Assembly: GCF_964194155.1 (NCBI RefSeq)
Contig: NC_135901.1
Span: forward strand, 868,001 to 932,000
Direction of reading: 5' to 3'
From: Cetorhinus maximus
Taxonomy: Eukaryota
DNA: 64,000 bases
Below the pieces are notes generated by a model, which worked only from the letters and a program-made list of their open reading frames with translations, searched no databases and was not told the DNA's origin. The number at the start of each line of letters is the position of its first letter. Within the stretch, counting starts at the first letter, position 1. Shown here piece after piece: positions 25,501 to 38,525 of the stretch. The position numbers were made by a program, and so were the translations under genes.

Positions 25501-26520
25501 TCTGAAGGAAAGAAAGAAATTGCTGCAGATACTCAGCAAGCCCAGCATTTATGGAAAGAGAAAATGAGTTAACATTTCCAGTTATGACCTTATACGAAAA
25601 GAAATAAAACAAAATGGGAAATCAGAGATTACAGTCTGAAATTGTTGAGTCCAGGAGATAGTAAAGTGCTTAATGCAAAGATGAGGTGCTGTTGAGATTG
25701 TATTGAGCTCCATTGGAACATGACAGTAAACCATGGACAGAGATATCAGCGTGAGAGGAAGGTGGAGAATTAAAATGGCAGGTTATTGGAAGCTCGGGGT
25801 CATGATTGCAGACTGAGCAGAGATCTCTGCAAAGCAGTCACCCAACCAGTGTTTGGTTTCCTCAATGTAGAGGAGGCAACATTGACAACAGCAAATGTAG
25901 TATATTAAATTGAAGGAAGTACTTATAAACCGCTGCTTCACCTGGAAGGAGAGTTTGGGGCCTTGGATGGTGAGGAGGGGATAAAAGGGTAGGTGATACA
26001 TTGCCTTTGTTCACTTGGAAAGATGCTGTGAGCAGGGGATTGATTGTAGGGGGTGAGAGAGAAGTGGATCGGGGATCACAGAGGGAATAGTCCCTTTGAA
26101 ATTTTGAAAGGAGAGGGGGAAGGGGAACATAAGTTTGCTGGCAGCATCACACTGGAGATGACCTGTTGAATATGGGGGCTGGTGGGGTGGAAAGTGAGGA
26201 TAATGGGAAACCCATCGGGCTTCTGTAAGGGAGTGGAAGATGTGAGGGAATTGGTTCGAGCATGGTCGAAGGACCTGTCAAACACAATATCTGGGGGTTG
26301 GGGGTGGGGATGGGAGATCTTCAGTTGAGGAAAAAGGAGGCTATATCTGAGGTGCTGTTACAGGAGGTTGCAACATCAGAACAGATGTGGTTTTGATGGA
26401 GAAGCTAAGGGAATGAAATTGAATCCCTACAGGGTGTATGGATTAAGGAACTATAGTTGTGGTAGCTCTGGGGAATGCTGGGCTTATGATGAATATTTGT
26501 TGATAGCCTGTCCCCAGTGA
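25501..26520 (-). mobile_element. Penelope-like retroelement 3' part with a degenerate GIY-YIG endonuclease
   Basis: PIILTFHPTSPHIQ and IQGPKLSFQVKQRFISTSFNLIYYICCCQCCLLYIEETKHWLGDCFAE match the Penelope GIY-YIG pattern (NLVYCIxCxxCxxLYIGET.RRLGDRF.EH). Confidence 0.85.
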
Positions 26521-26769
26521 TTCATTCACTCGACTCGCTAAGACACGACTGAGTTCACATGTAAATGCACGGGTTGGATTCTGCTGTTATTGTTGCTGTT
26601 TTAGGGACTGTCGATTGTTCATCAATTTCCAATTCCCTTCTTTCTCCTGGATAATGGAGAGTCCGTTCACTTCAGTTTCAGTCCAATTTATTTCCTAATT
26701 TTATCAATTTCCCCAAGTGTCCACTCCATTACAACAAAAAACCACTATGAACTAAGTGGAATGTTCAAT

Positions 26770-27320
26770 GGCGGATCATTCACCCAGCATTCCCCGCGGT
26801 GCAGAATACCCCCTATCCACACCACAGGAGACTATTGCGCAGGCGCAGTATGGAACAGTCTTGGCGCATGCCGACTGACACAGGCTTGTTTTTCACATCT
26901 GCAGCTGGGAAGCAGCGGCCACTTGGTGGGATCGATGAGCCCGGAGATGTGCGGGGAGGCGTCATAAAAATCAGGTGTAGGCCTGAAGGTCCGACCAAGG
27001 ATCTATCGGAATCTATCGGTGCGTTTGCACCGAGCGATTCGACAGCTGTAGCGCTTCTAATTACAACCATGTTAACGACTGCTATCTTTATTGGGGTCAA
27101 TGTACAATAGGCCGCATGCGCAGCCTCCATCTTTATCGGTGCCAATAGGCACTAGGTCGCATGCGCAGTCGCCATCTTTATCGGGGGTGAATACACACTA
27201 GGCCGCATGCGCCGTCGCGATCTTTATGCAGGGGGCATTGTGTAGACGGCGCAAGCGTGATCGTTCTGCGGCCTGGAGCTGGAGGAGAGATTTCTATGCT
27301 GTGCCGGCAGTGATGGCTTT
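26770..27320 (+). promoter_or_regulatory. CpG-rich promoter of ZNF G containing a tandem NRF1/YY1-like array
   Basis: TGCGCAGGCGCA near 26836; repeated CGCATGCGC and CCATCTT motifs; paralogous to 3200-3600. Confidence 0.65.
27075..27245 (+). repeat. About 45-46 bp minisatellite, 3.5 copies
   Basis: TAGGYCGCATGCGCMGYCKCSATCTTTAT units starting at 27108, 27153 and 27199. Confidence 0.8.
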
Positions 27321-29200
27321 TGAAAATTCCTTTTAGAGGGGATTAGAAGCCGTGGGGCACGAGGTGGAATTATAGACAGCAAACTCTTTGTTACTTCTGA
27401 ATATTTATTCTGCACTGATATTGGTGGCTTTTGAAGCTCTTTTTCCAGGGTATTAGAAGAGGAAGGATTTACAGATGAGAAACTCAAACCAAACATCACA
27501 ATAAGATCTGACAGAGTCACTCGATTCATCAGAACCTGAATATCATCAGCATCTTAATGTGGAAGGTAAAAAGCTGCAAATGCAACTTGTCTTTTGCACT
27601 GACATGCTGGGCATCATCATTGAGGTTGGAGTTGTTTGTGGAGCCTCCTCCTCCAGTGAGTTGTTTAATTGTCCACCGCCATTCACCACTGGATGTGGCA
27701 GGACAGCAAAGCTTAGATCTAACCTATTGGGATCATTTAGCTCTGTCTGTTGCATTCTGCTTCCGCTGTTTGACATGTCTGTAGTCCTGTGTTGTATCTT
27801 CACCAGGCGGATGCCTCATTTCTCAATATGCCTGGCGCTGCCACACATTTTTTAAATTCATTCATGGGATGTGAGAATCACTGGCTAAGCCAACATTTAT
27901 TGCCCATCCCTAATTGCCCTTGAGGAGATGGTGATGAGCTGCCTTCATGAACCGCTGCAGTCCATCACTGTTTCTTGAACTACTGCAGTCCGCTGCTCTC
28001 CTACACTCCTCATTGAACCAGGGTTAATTCCTAAGCTTGATGGTAATGGCAGAAATGAGGGATAGGCTGGGCCATGAGCTTACACATTGTGGTTGAATAC
28101 AATTCTGCTGCTGCTGATGGCTCACAGCGCCTCATGGATGTCTAATTTTGAGCTGCTGGATCCTCTTTGAATCTATTTCATTCAGCACAGCGGTAGTGCC
28201 ACAGAACATGATGGAGGGTATCCATAGTGTGTGAAGACAGCACTTGGCCCACCTGACTAGTCCAGTGATATCTTTCTGCACTCTTACAGCTTTTATTTTT
28301 ATTGTTAACCAGTACTGAGGCCTGCAGAACATCACTGGAAACAGCCTTCCATTCACAAAAACACACATTGACCATGCACCACCGCTTCCTGCCATTAGCC
28401 AATTTTGCATCCAATTTGCCACTCCTTCTAGGGTGCTATGAGCTTTTACTTTCCTGCCCAGTCTGCCATGTGGGATCTTGGTCAATGTGGAGAAAATGTT
28501 TCCACGTGTGAGAGAATCCAAAACTCGGGGCCAGAAATACAAGACAGTTACTGAGGAATCCAATAAGGAGAAATGTGTTCACTCTGAGATTGGTTAGAAT
28601 GTGAAACTCGTTGACACAGGAAGTGATTGAGGCAAAATGCTTAGATGTTTCAAAAGGAAACTAACTGATTACATGAGAGAAAAGGGAATAGAAAGATAAG
28701 CTGAAAGGCTGACTTGAAGCAGATGGAATGGAAGGGGATGAGTTTGGAGCATAAATATGGGCACAAACTTGCTGGACTGAATGGTCTGTTTCTGTGCTCT
28801 ATATTCTAAGTAATTCTGTGTGAACTCCTTTTACAGGGGATTAGAACGGGAGGATTTACAGACAGGAAACTCAAGTCAAATATCACATCAGGATCTGACA
28901 GAGTCATTCGATTCATCAGGACCTGAATATCATCGGTCTTTGATTGTGAAAGGGGAAATGTTTGCGTGTTCGGTCTGCGGGAAAATATTTCAAACATCAG
29001 TGTGACTGGAAAAGCATTGAGACACACACACCCGAGTGAGAGTGTTCCAGTGAACTGACTGTGGAAAGATCTTTAACCAGTTACAGATCCTGAAAAAACA
29101 TCACACCATTCACAGTGGGGAGAGACCGTACACGTGTTCTGTGTGTGGATGAGGCTTCAACTGATCGTCCAACCTGGAGAGACACAAGGACACTCACACC

Positions 29201-30043
29201 ATGGAGAAACCGTGGAAATGTGGGGACTGTGGGAAGGGATTCAATTACCCGTCTGAGCTGGACACTCATCAACGCAATCACACTGGAGAGAAACCCTGTA
29301 AATGCGGGGACTGTGGGAAGGGATTCAATTATCCATCCCAACTGGAGATTCATCGGCGCAGTCACACCGGGGAGAAACCATTCACCTGCTCCATGTGCAG
29401 GAAGGGATTCACAGAGTTATCCAAGCTGCACATGCACATGCGAGTTCACACCGGGGAGAGGCCATTTTCCTGCTTGGTGTGTGGGAAGGAATTTGCACAG
29501 TTATCCACCCTGCTGACACACCGACGTGTTCACACTGACATGAGACCTTTTAAATGTTCAGAATGTGAGAAGAGTTTTAAAAGCAGAAGTGAGGTGGTAA
29601 CACACCAACGCACTCACACTGGGGAGAGGCCATTCACCTGTTCTCTGTGTGGGAAGGGATTCACTCAGTCTTCCACGTTGCAGAAGCACCAGAGAGTTCA
29701 CACTGGGGAGAGGCCGTTCATCTGCTCCATGTGTGAGAAGGGATTCACTCAGTCTTCCAGTCTCATGGAGCACCAGAGAGTTCACACTGGCGAGAAGCCA
29801 TTCACCTGCTCGGAATGCGGTAAGGGATTCACCCATTCATCCCACCTGCTGACACACCAGCGAATTCATACTGGAGAGAAGCCATTCACCTGCTCTGTGT
29901 GTGGGAAGGGATTCACTCAAAAATCAAGCCTGCTGGGACACCAGCGACTTCACACTGGGGAGAGACCGTTCACCTGCTCTGAGTGTGGGAAGGGATTCAC
30001 TCGGTCATCCAACCTGGTGACTCACAAGCGAATTCACAAGTGA
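29201..30043 (+). CDS. C2H2 zinc-finger protein G, 10 fingers
   Basis: 280-aa ORF from ACC ATG G; acceptor at 28836/28837 with decayed upstream fingers; AATAAA at 30181. Confidence 0.88.
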   Translation: MEKPWKCGDCGKGFNYPSELDTHQRNHTGEKPCKCGDCGKGFNYPSQLEIHRRSHTGEKPFTCSMCRKGFTELSKLHMHMRVHTGERPFSCLVCGKEFAQLSTLLTHRRVHTDMRPFKCSECEKSFKSRSEVVTHQRTHTGERPFTCSLCGKGFTQSSTLQKHQRVHTGERPFICSMCEKGFTQSSSLMEHQRVHTGEKPFTCSECGKGFTHSSHLLTHQRIHTGEKPFTCSVCGKGFTQKSSLLGHQRLHTGERPFTCSECGKGFTRSSNLVTHKRIHK

Positions 30044-30202
30044 CTGCAGAGGTTGGATTCTGCTGTTGTTGCTGCTGTTAATTACATCCAGGATTGAACA
30101 GTGTTCATTCTAACAGCTGGTGTTTCTTTCTGCTGATGTTTATAATCCCTGTAACTGGGCTGGAGTTTAATATTCTGTGAAATAAATCAGGCCTCGCAGT
30201 AT

Positions 30203-30308
30203 CTGTGGAGAGAGAAACAGAGTTAATGTTTTGAGTCCATATAACTCTCGTCCTTCGAGGAAGAGTTATACTGGACTCAAAACATTCAATCTGTTTCTCT
30301 ATCCACAG
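30203..30308. repeat. Imperfect palindrome formed by inverted Penelope-like termini
   Basis: CTGTGGAGAGAGAAACAGAGTTAATGTTTTGAGTCCATATAACTCT ... AGAGTTATACTGGACTCAAAACATTCAATCTGTTTCTCTATCCACAG. Confidence 0.75.
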
Positions 30309-30984
30309 AAGTTGACAGACCTGCTGAGTTTTTCTGGCATTTCCTGTTTATATTTCAGAATTCCAGCATCTGCAGTTTTAAAAACATTGTTGTTGATTTT
30401 TGTCCTGAGTGTTTAACATCACCTGGCTGGAGGTCAGAAAGGACAATCTGGGGGAAGATCGTACGGCAGGAACAGAACTTCAGCCTGGACACAGTCCTTC
30501 AGGGTCACACTGAGAGGGACAAACGGCACTTTGGTCTTTCTCATCTCTCTCCACTGACCAAAGTCTCCGTGTGGGTTAATCCTGAGGTGTGTAAGAAATA
30601 AGTCCCAGCCGCTCATGGTTCAGAGCTCCTAGACTCGGAACAGAAGGCTCCTTTACAACTATGTTTAGAGTCAGGAAGAACAACAGTGAATGCTGGAAAC
30701 GTGCTGTCAAATCAGAGATTGGTGTAAAACTGTGACCTGTTCCTGACTGACAGTGAAATGGCAGGTTTAAGTTTCCAGTCTGGAAATGATTGTGGTAATT
30801 ATTCTAGAATATTTAATGTGACAGTCCTGAATCTACCATTTTGAGGCAGGTGTTACTTTGTTTTCAAGAAACCTTTTGAAAGTAAGTTGGTTAAAGTCTG
30901 CAATTAAATTAGGAGGAGTTTACATGAGCCTGTTAACTGTTGCTATAATTAAACAACAGGCATTTGATCTTAATATAAAGAAGG

Positions 30985-31350
30985 GTACAGTAGCTTAATG
31001 GTTATCTTACTGGGTTAGTAACACAGAAGCTGACCTGATAATCTGGTAGATGTGAGTTCAAATCCCACCACAGAAGTTGGGGAATTTAAATTCTATTAAC
31101 TGAATAAAAAGCTGGTATCACATGAAACTACTGTGTGGTTGTAAAAGTCTAACTGGTTCACTGACATCCTTTAGGAAAGGAACCTGTACTCCTAACCTCA
31201 CCTAGTGACTCCAGAATCAGAGTAACGTGGCTGACTCTGAAATGCTCTCTGAGCCACTCAGTTATACCAGAACCATGTCCTAAAAGGCATCTCATCACCA
31301 CCTTCTCAAGGACAATGATGGATGGGCAATAATTGGTGACCTTGCCAATG
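30985..31350 (+). mobile_element. tRNA-derived SINE, second copy
   Basis: TAGCTTAATGG A-box, GAGTTCAAATCCCACC B-box, body and tail homologous to 2575-3030. Confidence 0.6.
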
Positions 31351-31399
31351 ACACCTGCGAGAGCTTGCCCTTGTTGACCTGATCTAAACCTGTCATAAC

Positions 31400-33270
31400 A
31401 TCCCAGAAATAGCTGCAAATCAAGAAATGGAAGGGAGGAAGTAACTCAAGAAAATTACAATCAGCCATGATCTGATTGAATGGCGGAGGAGGCTCGAGGG
31501 ACCGAGTGGCCTTCTCCTGTTCCTAATTCGTATGTTTGTATGTACATCTATCAATCTCCTTTCAATCTCTTTTGCTCCAAGGAGAACAATCCCAGCCTTT
31601 CCAACCCAACTTTATAACTAAAACCCCAATTCCTGGAACCATTCTGGTAAATCTCCTTTGCATCGTCTCAAGGACCTTCTCATCTTTTCTAAAGTGTGGT
31701 GAACAGAACTGGACTCTAATTTGGCCCAAACCAGATCTTTATAAAACTTCAGCATAACTTTCCTGCTTTTGTGCTCAATATCTCTATTTATTGAAGTCCA
31801 GGCTCCCATCTGGTTTGCTAATCACTCTCTCAATATGAACTGCCTCCAAAGATCAGTGGACATGCACCCTCCCTTTGTCCCTCCACACTCTTTAGAATGG
31901 GCCATTAAGTTCATATTGCCTCTTCCAATCCCTTCAACTCCATCTGCCACTTGCCTGCCCATTCTGCTAGCCTATCATGCCCTGTTGCAGGCGATTTGTA
32001 TCATCGTCACTCTTTGCCACTCCTTCAAGTTTGGCATCATCGGCATATTTAGAAATTTTATTCTGCCTTCCAAAATTCTAGTCATTTATATATAGTAAAC
32101 AAAGAGTGGTCCCAGCACTGACCCTTGGGGAACATCACTGTACCAGCCTCAAATGATAGAAGAATAGAGCAGGAATGGTGGCCATTTGGCTCTTTGTCCC
32201 TGTCTCTGAAAATGTTACCATTCTGTCCCACTCCCCTGCTGTTCCGGTATCGACAAGGTGGATGTGGAAAGGATGTTTCCTCTTGTGGGTGAGTCCAGAA
32301 CTAGGGGGCACTGTTTGAAAATTAGGGGTCGCCCTTTTAGGACAGAGATGAGGAGAAATGTTTTCTCTCAGAGGGTTGTGTGACTTTGGAACTCCCTGCC
32401 TCAGATGGAGGTAGAGGTGGGGTCACTGAATATTTTTAAGGCAGAGGTAGATAGATTCTGGTTAGACAAGGGAATCAAAGACTATTGGGGATAGATGGGA
32501 AGGCGGAATTCGAATCACAAACAGATCAACCATGATCTTATTGAATGGCGGAGAAGGCTTGAGAGGCCGAGTGACCTACGTATGCTCCTATTTCATATGT
32601 TCATATAAATCTTTCCTTATTAAGTAAAAGCCGAAATCACTTTTGAAAGTTACCTTTGGATCTGCTTCCACCAGTCATTCAGACAATGTGTTCCAGATCA
32701 TCAGAACTCACTGAATAAAATAATCTCTTCTCATCTTCACCCTGGATTTTTTGCCAATTATTTTAAATCTGTGTTCTGCAGCTACCAACCATCCTGCCAA
32801 TGAAAACAATTTCTCCCTTTGTAGATGATAACTCCTCAAAATGTCCACACCTCTATTAAATCGCTTGGTAACCTTCTCTGCTCTAAAGAGAACAATCTCA
32901 GCTTCTCCAGTCTCTCCTCAAAACTGAAACTGCTCATTCCCAATTCCATTCTAGTAAATCTCCCATGCTCCCTCTGCAAGGGCTTGACATCTTTCCTAAA
33001 GTGTGGTGCTCAGAACTGAACACCCGACTTAAAATTGAGGATGAATCAGTGATTTATAAAGATTCAGGATAAGTTCCTTACTTTTGTTCTCCATGTCTCC
33101 ATTGATAAAGCCAAGGGTTATCTGTAAAACAAAACAGCTGGATAAACCTTTCCTGCTCCCTTCAAAGATTTGTGTCTATACACTCCCAGGTCACTCTGTT
33201 CTTGCACTCTGTTTAAAATTGTACCATTTAGTTTATTCTGCCTCTCATTCGTCCTCCCAAAATTCAGCAT
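31400..33270. mobile_element. Cluster of CR1 fragments on both strands
   Basis: CR1 tails at 31460-31540 and 32245-32605 (+); minus-strand IEHKSRKVMLKFYKDLV and KLNGTILNRVQEQSDLGV. Confidence 0.7.
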
Positions 33271-34079
33271 TGACTGTGAATCACTTTGGGATGTTCTGAG
33301 GGTGTGAACGGTTCTAAAGGAACACAAAAACTTTCTTTCTCTTTTAAAGCTGATTAAAAGTTGTAGATTTTGAATCAAAGATTAAATTCAGATTGATCTT
33401 CAAAGTTAACTATTTTACTGCAGAGACAAGTCCAACTGGGAGTCAGTGAATTAAGAGGAAAGGTCCCAGACAGCGGTTCTTCAAGGTACACTGCAGGCCC
33501 GACAGCTCAATCAGCCCCACTCTCAGCTCAGGAGACCTCAACAACTCCACATACTGTCCACAGGGGAGCTCTCCTGGTGCAGTGGGACCAACATTTGTGT
33601 TTTAACTAACACCACCTAAAGAAACTGGATTAATCGGTCACTGGTCTGATTGCTACTTATAGAAACTAACTGTGCACAACTGGCTGTTGTGAAACAGTAA
33701 CAACTTGTATTTATATAACACGATTAATGTGCTTCAGACAAGTTTCATAAAACAAAAGTTGACACCGAGTCACATAGGGGTTATTTTGGTAAATGGCCAA
33801 AGTTTGATTGGAGAGGCAGATTGTAACAAGAATCTCGAATAGGAGAGAGGTTAAGAGGTTTAGGGAGGGAATTTCGGAGCTTCACACCTGGGCCTGGTGA
33901 CCAATGCAGTAATTAAAATCAGGGGTGCTAAAGAGGTCAGAATGTGAAGAGTGCAGATATCTCAGAGGGTGTGTGATTGGAGATTACAGAGATAGGGAGG
34001 GAAGAGGCCATGGAACAATTTGCAAACAAGGATGCAAATTTTAAAACTGAATCATTGCTTCACCAGGAGCCAATCACAC

Positions 34080-34750
34080 ACGACATCAACATTATCATTG
34101 ACCAGAAACTAAACTGAAACAGCCATATAAATACTGTGGCTACAAGAACAGGTCAGAAACTAGGAATTATATGGCAAGAAACTCAGCTCCCGACATCCCA
34201 AAGCCTGTCCACCATCTACAAGACACAAGTCAGGTGTGTGATGGAATACTGCCCACTTGCCTGGATGAGTTCAACTTCAATAACACTCAGGAATCTCGAC
34301 ACCATCCAGGCCAAAGCATCCTTTGGCACCTCGCTTGCTTGGCACCCCATCCACTAGCTTAAACATTCACACCCTCCACCAGTGACAGCAGTGTGTACCA
34401 TCTACAAGATGCACTGCAGCAATTCACTAAGGCTCCTTCGACAGCACCTTCAAAACCTGCAACCTCTACCACCTAGAAGGTCAGCAGAAACATGGGAACA
34501 CCACCACCTGCAAGTCCCCCTCCAAGAAACACTCCATCCTAACTTGGAACTCTATGGTCATTCCTTCACTATCACTGGATCAAAATCCTTAAACTCCCTT
34601 CCTAACAGCACTGTGGGTGTACCTACACCACATGGACTGCAGCAGTTCAAGAAGGCAGCTCACCACCACCTTCTCAAGGGCAACTAGGGATGGGCAACAG
34701 ATGCTGGCCTAGCCGGGTCACCCATATCCTGTAAAAGAATAAATCAAAAA
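34080..34750 (+). mobile_element. CR1/L2-group LINE 3' fragment
   Basis: SQSLSTIYKTQVRCVMEYCPLAWMS and AVCTIYKMHCSNS.RLLRQHL; absent from the paralogous site near 54985. Confidence 0.75.
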
Positions 34751-35143
34751 TGGTGAGGAATGGATGAACGGGACTTGGTGTGAAAAAGCACAGGGGCAGA
34801 GTTTTGGATGATTACATGTTTCCACGTGGGGGTGGGATGAATATGAGAGTCTGGCCTGGAATGTATTGGAATCGTCAAGTCTAAAGGTAACACGGGCGTG
34901 GATTAGGGTTTCAGCATCAGATGGTCTAGGGTGGGGTTGAGACAGGCGACGTTATGGAGGTTGAAATATCTGGTATTAGTGATGGTGTAGATATGTGGTC
35001 AGAAACTCATCTTGGGGTTAAATCTGACACCATGATTGTGAAGAGTGTTGTTCAGCCTCAGACAGTTCCCAGGGAGAGGGATGGACTCAGTGGTTAGGGA
35101 ACGGAATTTGTAGTGGTGACTGAAGACAATGGCTTTGGTCTTC

Positions 35144-38100
35144 GAGGTGGTGGGCGGGCGACTCCTCGTAGCAGACGTAATGTACAAGAACGCTCCACTC
35201 CGGTTAATTAACGTGTATGGCCCGGCACAAGGGGCTGAGCGGCTGGAGGTTTTTCAGCAGCTCCCACTGCTGCTGGCGACCTCCAGGCCGGTCATTCTGG
35301 GCGGGGACTTCAACTGCATCATCGATGCGGCTGGACGATCCGGCAGGGCCGGAAGCAGATTGGACGCTACGTCCAGATCCCTGATGGAAACAGTTAAGGA
35401 TGCCAAGCTGCACGACGTCTTCAGCAACCCTGCAGACGGAGCGCAGCGTAGATACACCGGGTCGCGGCCAGACGGGTCCATTCGTTCCAGGATAGACTTC
35501 CTGTTTGTGTCCCGTGCATTCACAGTCAGATCCACCGAGGTCAAGCCGGTGTTCTTCTCTGACCACTGCCTCCTACTGGCGGACTGCCACTTGGAGAAGG
35601 ACCTGAGGGTGGGCAGGGGGGCATGGAAGCTAAATGTGCAACTGCTGACCCCAGAGAACATTGAGGAGCTCAAGAGGGATTACAAAGGTTGGAGAACCGT
35701 GAAACCCCTCTTTGAGTCCCTGACACACTGGTGGGAAGTGATCAAGGGAAGCATCAAGAGGTTTTTCATCCGCAAAGGCACCCAGAAAGCTAGAAAGGAA
35801 CAGAGGGAAATGTCCCGACTCCAGAAAAAGATGCAGAATCTGCTCCGGCTGCAGTCGATGGGGGTCGATGTCAAGGAGGAGCTCCAAGAGGTGAAGGGCC
35901 AGCAAGCCTCGCACTTTGCCTCGGAGGCCTCCAAGATCATCTTCCGTTCCAGGGTCCGCTCCGTGGAGCAGGATGAGACGTGCTCACGTTTCTTCTTCCA
36001 AAAGGTACACAGAGAGCGCTCTGTGATCAGCAGCCTGAAGGAAGAAGACGGCTCAGTAAAGTCATCACGGTCCGACATTCTGAGGATCAGCAAATCCTTT
36101 TATGCCGGACTGTATGACGTGAAGCCCACGGACATAACGGCCTCCCAGTCCTTCCTGTCCTCTATCACGGAGGTCTTAGACCACAGTACACGGGAGAGCC
36201 TAGACAAACCGCTAACTCCTGATGAACTGACTAAGGCCCTCGAGTCCTTCGAGAAGAGTAAAACTCCCGGAAGCGACGGCTTGCCGGCGGAGTTGTATTC
36301 GGCTCTGTGGGACTTGATCGGCCCAGACCTGCTAGGAGTGTACGAGAGTATGCTCCTGGCCGGTAGTATGTCAGAATCCATGAGGAAAGGCATCATCACC
36401 CTCATCTACAAGCACAAGGGGGAAAGGGAGGAAATTAGAAATTGGCGACCCATTTCACTGTTGAATATGGACTATAAGATTCTGTCCAAGGTCATCGCCA
36501 ATCGGGTCAAATCCGCTCTGGAATTGGTGATTCACCCTGACCAGACCTGCTCTGTGCCAGGCAGGAAGATCTCTGACAGCCTGGCGCTGCTCAGGGATAC
36601 GATTGCCTATGTACAGGACAGGGGTGTGGATACCTGCCTCATCAGCTTGGATCAGGAGAAGGCCTTTGACAGAATATCGCACACCTACATGGGGGATGTG
36701 CTCTCCAAAATGGGGTTTGGGGAGGGAATTCGAAATTGAATCCAACTGCTCTACACTAACATCAGTAGCGCAGTCTCAATCAATGGGTGGGAAACAGATA
36801 GCTTTCTGATTAAATCTGGAGTCAGGCAGGGCTGTCCTCTCTCGCCTGTCCTTTTCGTGTGTTGCATAGAACCCTTTGCCGAGTCCATCAGGAAGGATCC
36901 GGGCATAAGAGGAGTGACGATCCCAGGCAGTGGAGGCACTCAGGTAAAAGCCTCCCTGTACATGGACGACGTCGCCGTCTTCTGCTCGGATCCGCTGTCG
37001 GTGCGCAGACTGATGCACGTCTGCGACCAGTTCGAACTGGCCTCGGGAGCCAAGGTAAATCGTGGGAAGAGCGAGGCCATGTTCTTTGGGAACTGGGCTG
37101 ACCGATCCTTTGTCCCCTTCACTGTCAGGGCTGACGGCCTGAAGGTGCTGGGGATATGGTTCGGAGGGACCGGGGCATGCGTTAGAAACTGGAAGGAGCG
37201 AGTGGCTATGGTGAAAAGGAAACTGGGCATGTGGGAGCGACGCTCCCTCTCCATTGCGGGTAAGAACCTGGTCATCAGGTGTGAGGTACTCTCGCTGTTG
37301 CTGTACGTGGCGCAGGTCTGGCCCATTCCAGACTCCTGCGCGATGGCGATCACTCGAGCCATCTTCCGCTTTATCTGGAGGTCGAAAATGGATCGTGTCC
37401 GCAGGGACGCGATGTACAAGCCTCTAGATAAAGGGGGAAAAAACGTGCCCAACATCGCCCTCATACTGATGGCCACCTTTGTGTGTGGCTGCATCAAGCG
37501 GTGCGTAGACCCTCAGTACGCAAACACCAAGTGTCACTACGTGCTGAGGTTCTACCTGTCCCCGGTGTTGCGAAGGATGGGTCTGGCCACGCTGCCGCGG
37601 AACGCTCCAAGTAGTTGGACCGTGCCGTACCACCTGTCCCTGGTGGAAAAGTTTATGCAGAAAAACACCTTGGACCACAGGTCCATCAGGCAGTGGTCAG
37701 CACGTAACGTCCTAGAGGCCCTGAGGGAAAAGGAGAGGGTGGACCCTGTGGGATGGTTCCCCGAGCAGACTGTCAAAGTCATTTGGCAGAATGCCTCATC
37801 GCCAGAACTTTCCAACAAGCACCAAGACGTAGCTTGGCTGGTGGTGAGAAAGGCCCTCCCCGTTAGATCCTTCCTACACGCCAGGAGGCTCACCCCCTCT
37901 GCACGTTGCCCTCGAGGTGGCTGTGGTGGGGAAGAGACCGTTGTTCACCTCCTTGTGGATTGTGCCTTTGCAAAGAAAGTCTGGAGAGAGATGCAGTGGT
38001 TGCTGTCGAGGTTCATCCCGAGCAGTTCTGTGACACAGGACTCTGTGCTCTACGGGCTGTTCCCAGGGACACACACCGAGACAAACATCAACTGCAGCTG

Positions 38101-38525
38101 GAGGATCATCAACTCGGTGAAAGAGGCGCTTTGGTCTGCCCGAAACTTGTTGGTCTTCCAGCACAAAGAGTTGTCCCCGACCGATTGTTGCGGACTGGCA
38201 CAATCCAAAGTCCAGGACTACGTGCTGAGGGACGCACTAAAGCTTGGGGCAGCTGCCGCAAAGGCGCAATGGGGAAGGGTCGCTGTCTAAGACCTTTCTA
38301 CCACAGCGCACCGAGAGACTGGGAACTGTTTAGAGCCCCTCGGGCTGTACAGATCAAAATGAAAGGCTGTAAATGATTGTAATATTGTTTGTACTGATGC
38401 ACCTGGTGATACATTTTGTAAAAGTTTAACCTGGATTGTACCCTTGTAATGTTGTTTTTGAAATGGTTTTGAATGTGATTGAAGATAATTTATGAATAAA
38501 GTATATTTTTACAAAAAAAAAAAAA
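35144..38525 (+). mobile_element. Young 5'-truncated Tx1/L1-clade non-LTR retrotransposon (APE-RT-zinc finger ORF2)
   Basis: GDFN, SRID, SDH endonuclease motifs; GVRQGCPLSP and YMDD RT motifs; C-terminal CPRGGC...HLLVDC; single in-frame TGA at 36737-36739; AATAAA at 38495, poly(A), 16-bp TSD AATGGCTTTGGTCTTC (35128-35143, 38526-38541). Confidence 0.95.

Noticed and set aside
36737-36739. In-frame TGA as programmed readthrough or selenocysteine
   Set aside because: Falls on a conserved Trp position (IRNWIQLLY); a G>A mutation or base error is the simpler explanation
35204-38376. Many overlapping antisense ORFs
   Set aside because: By-product of the GC-rich Tx1 ORF2
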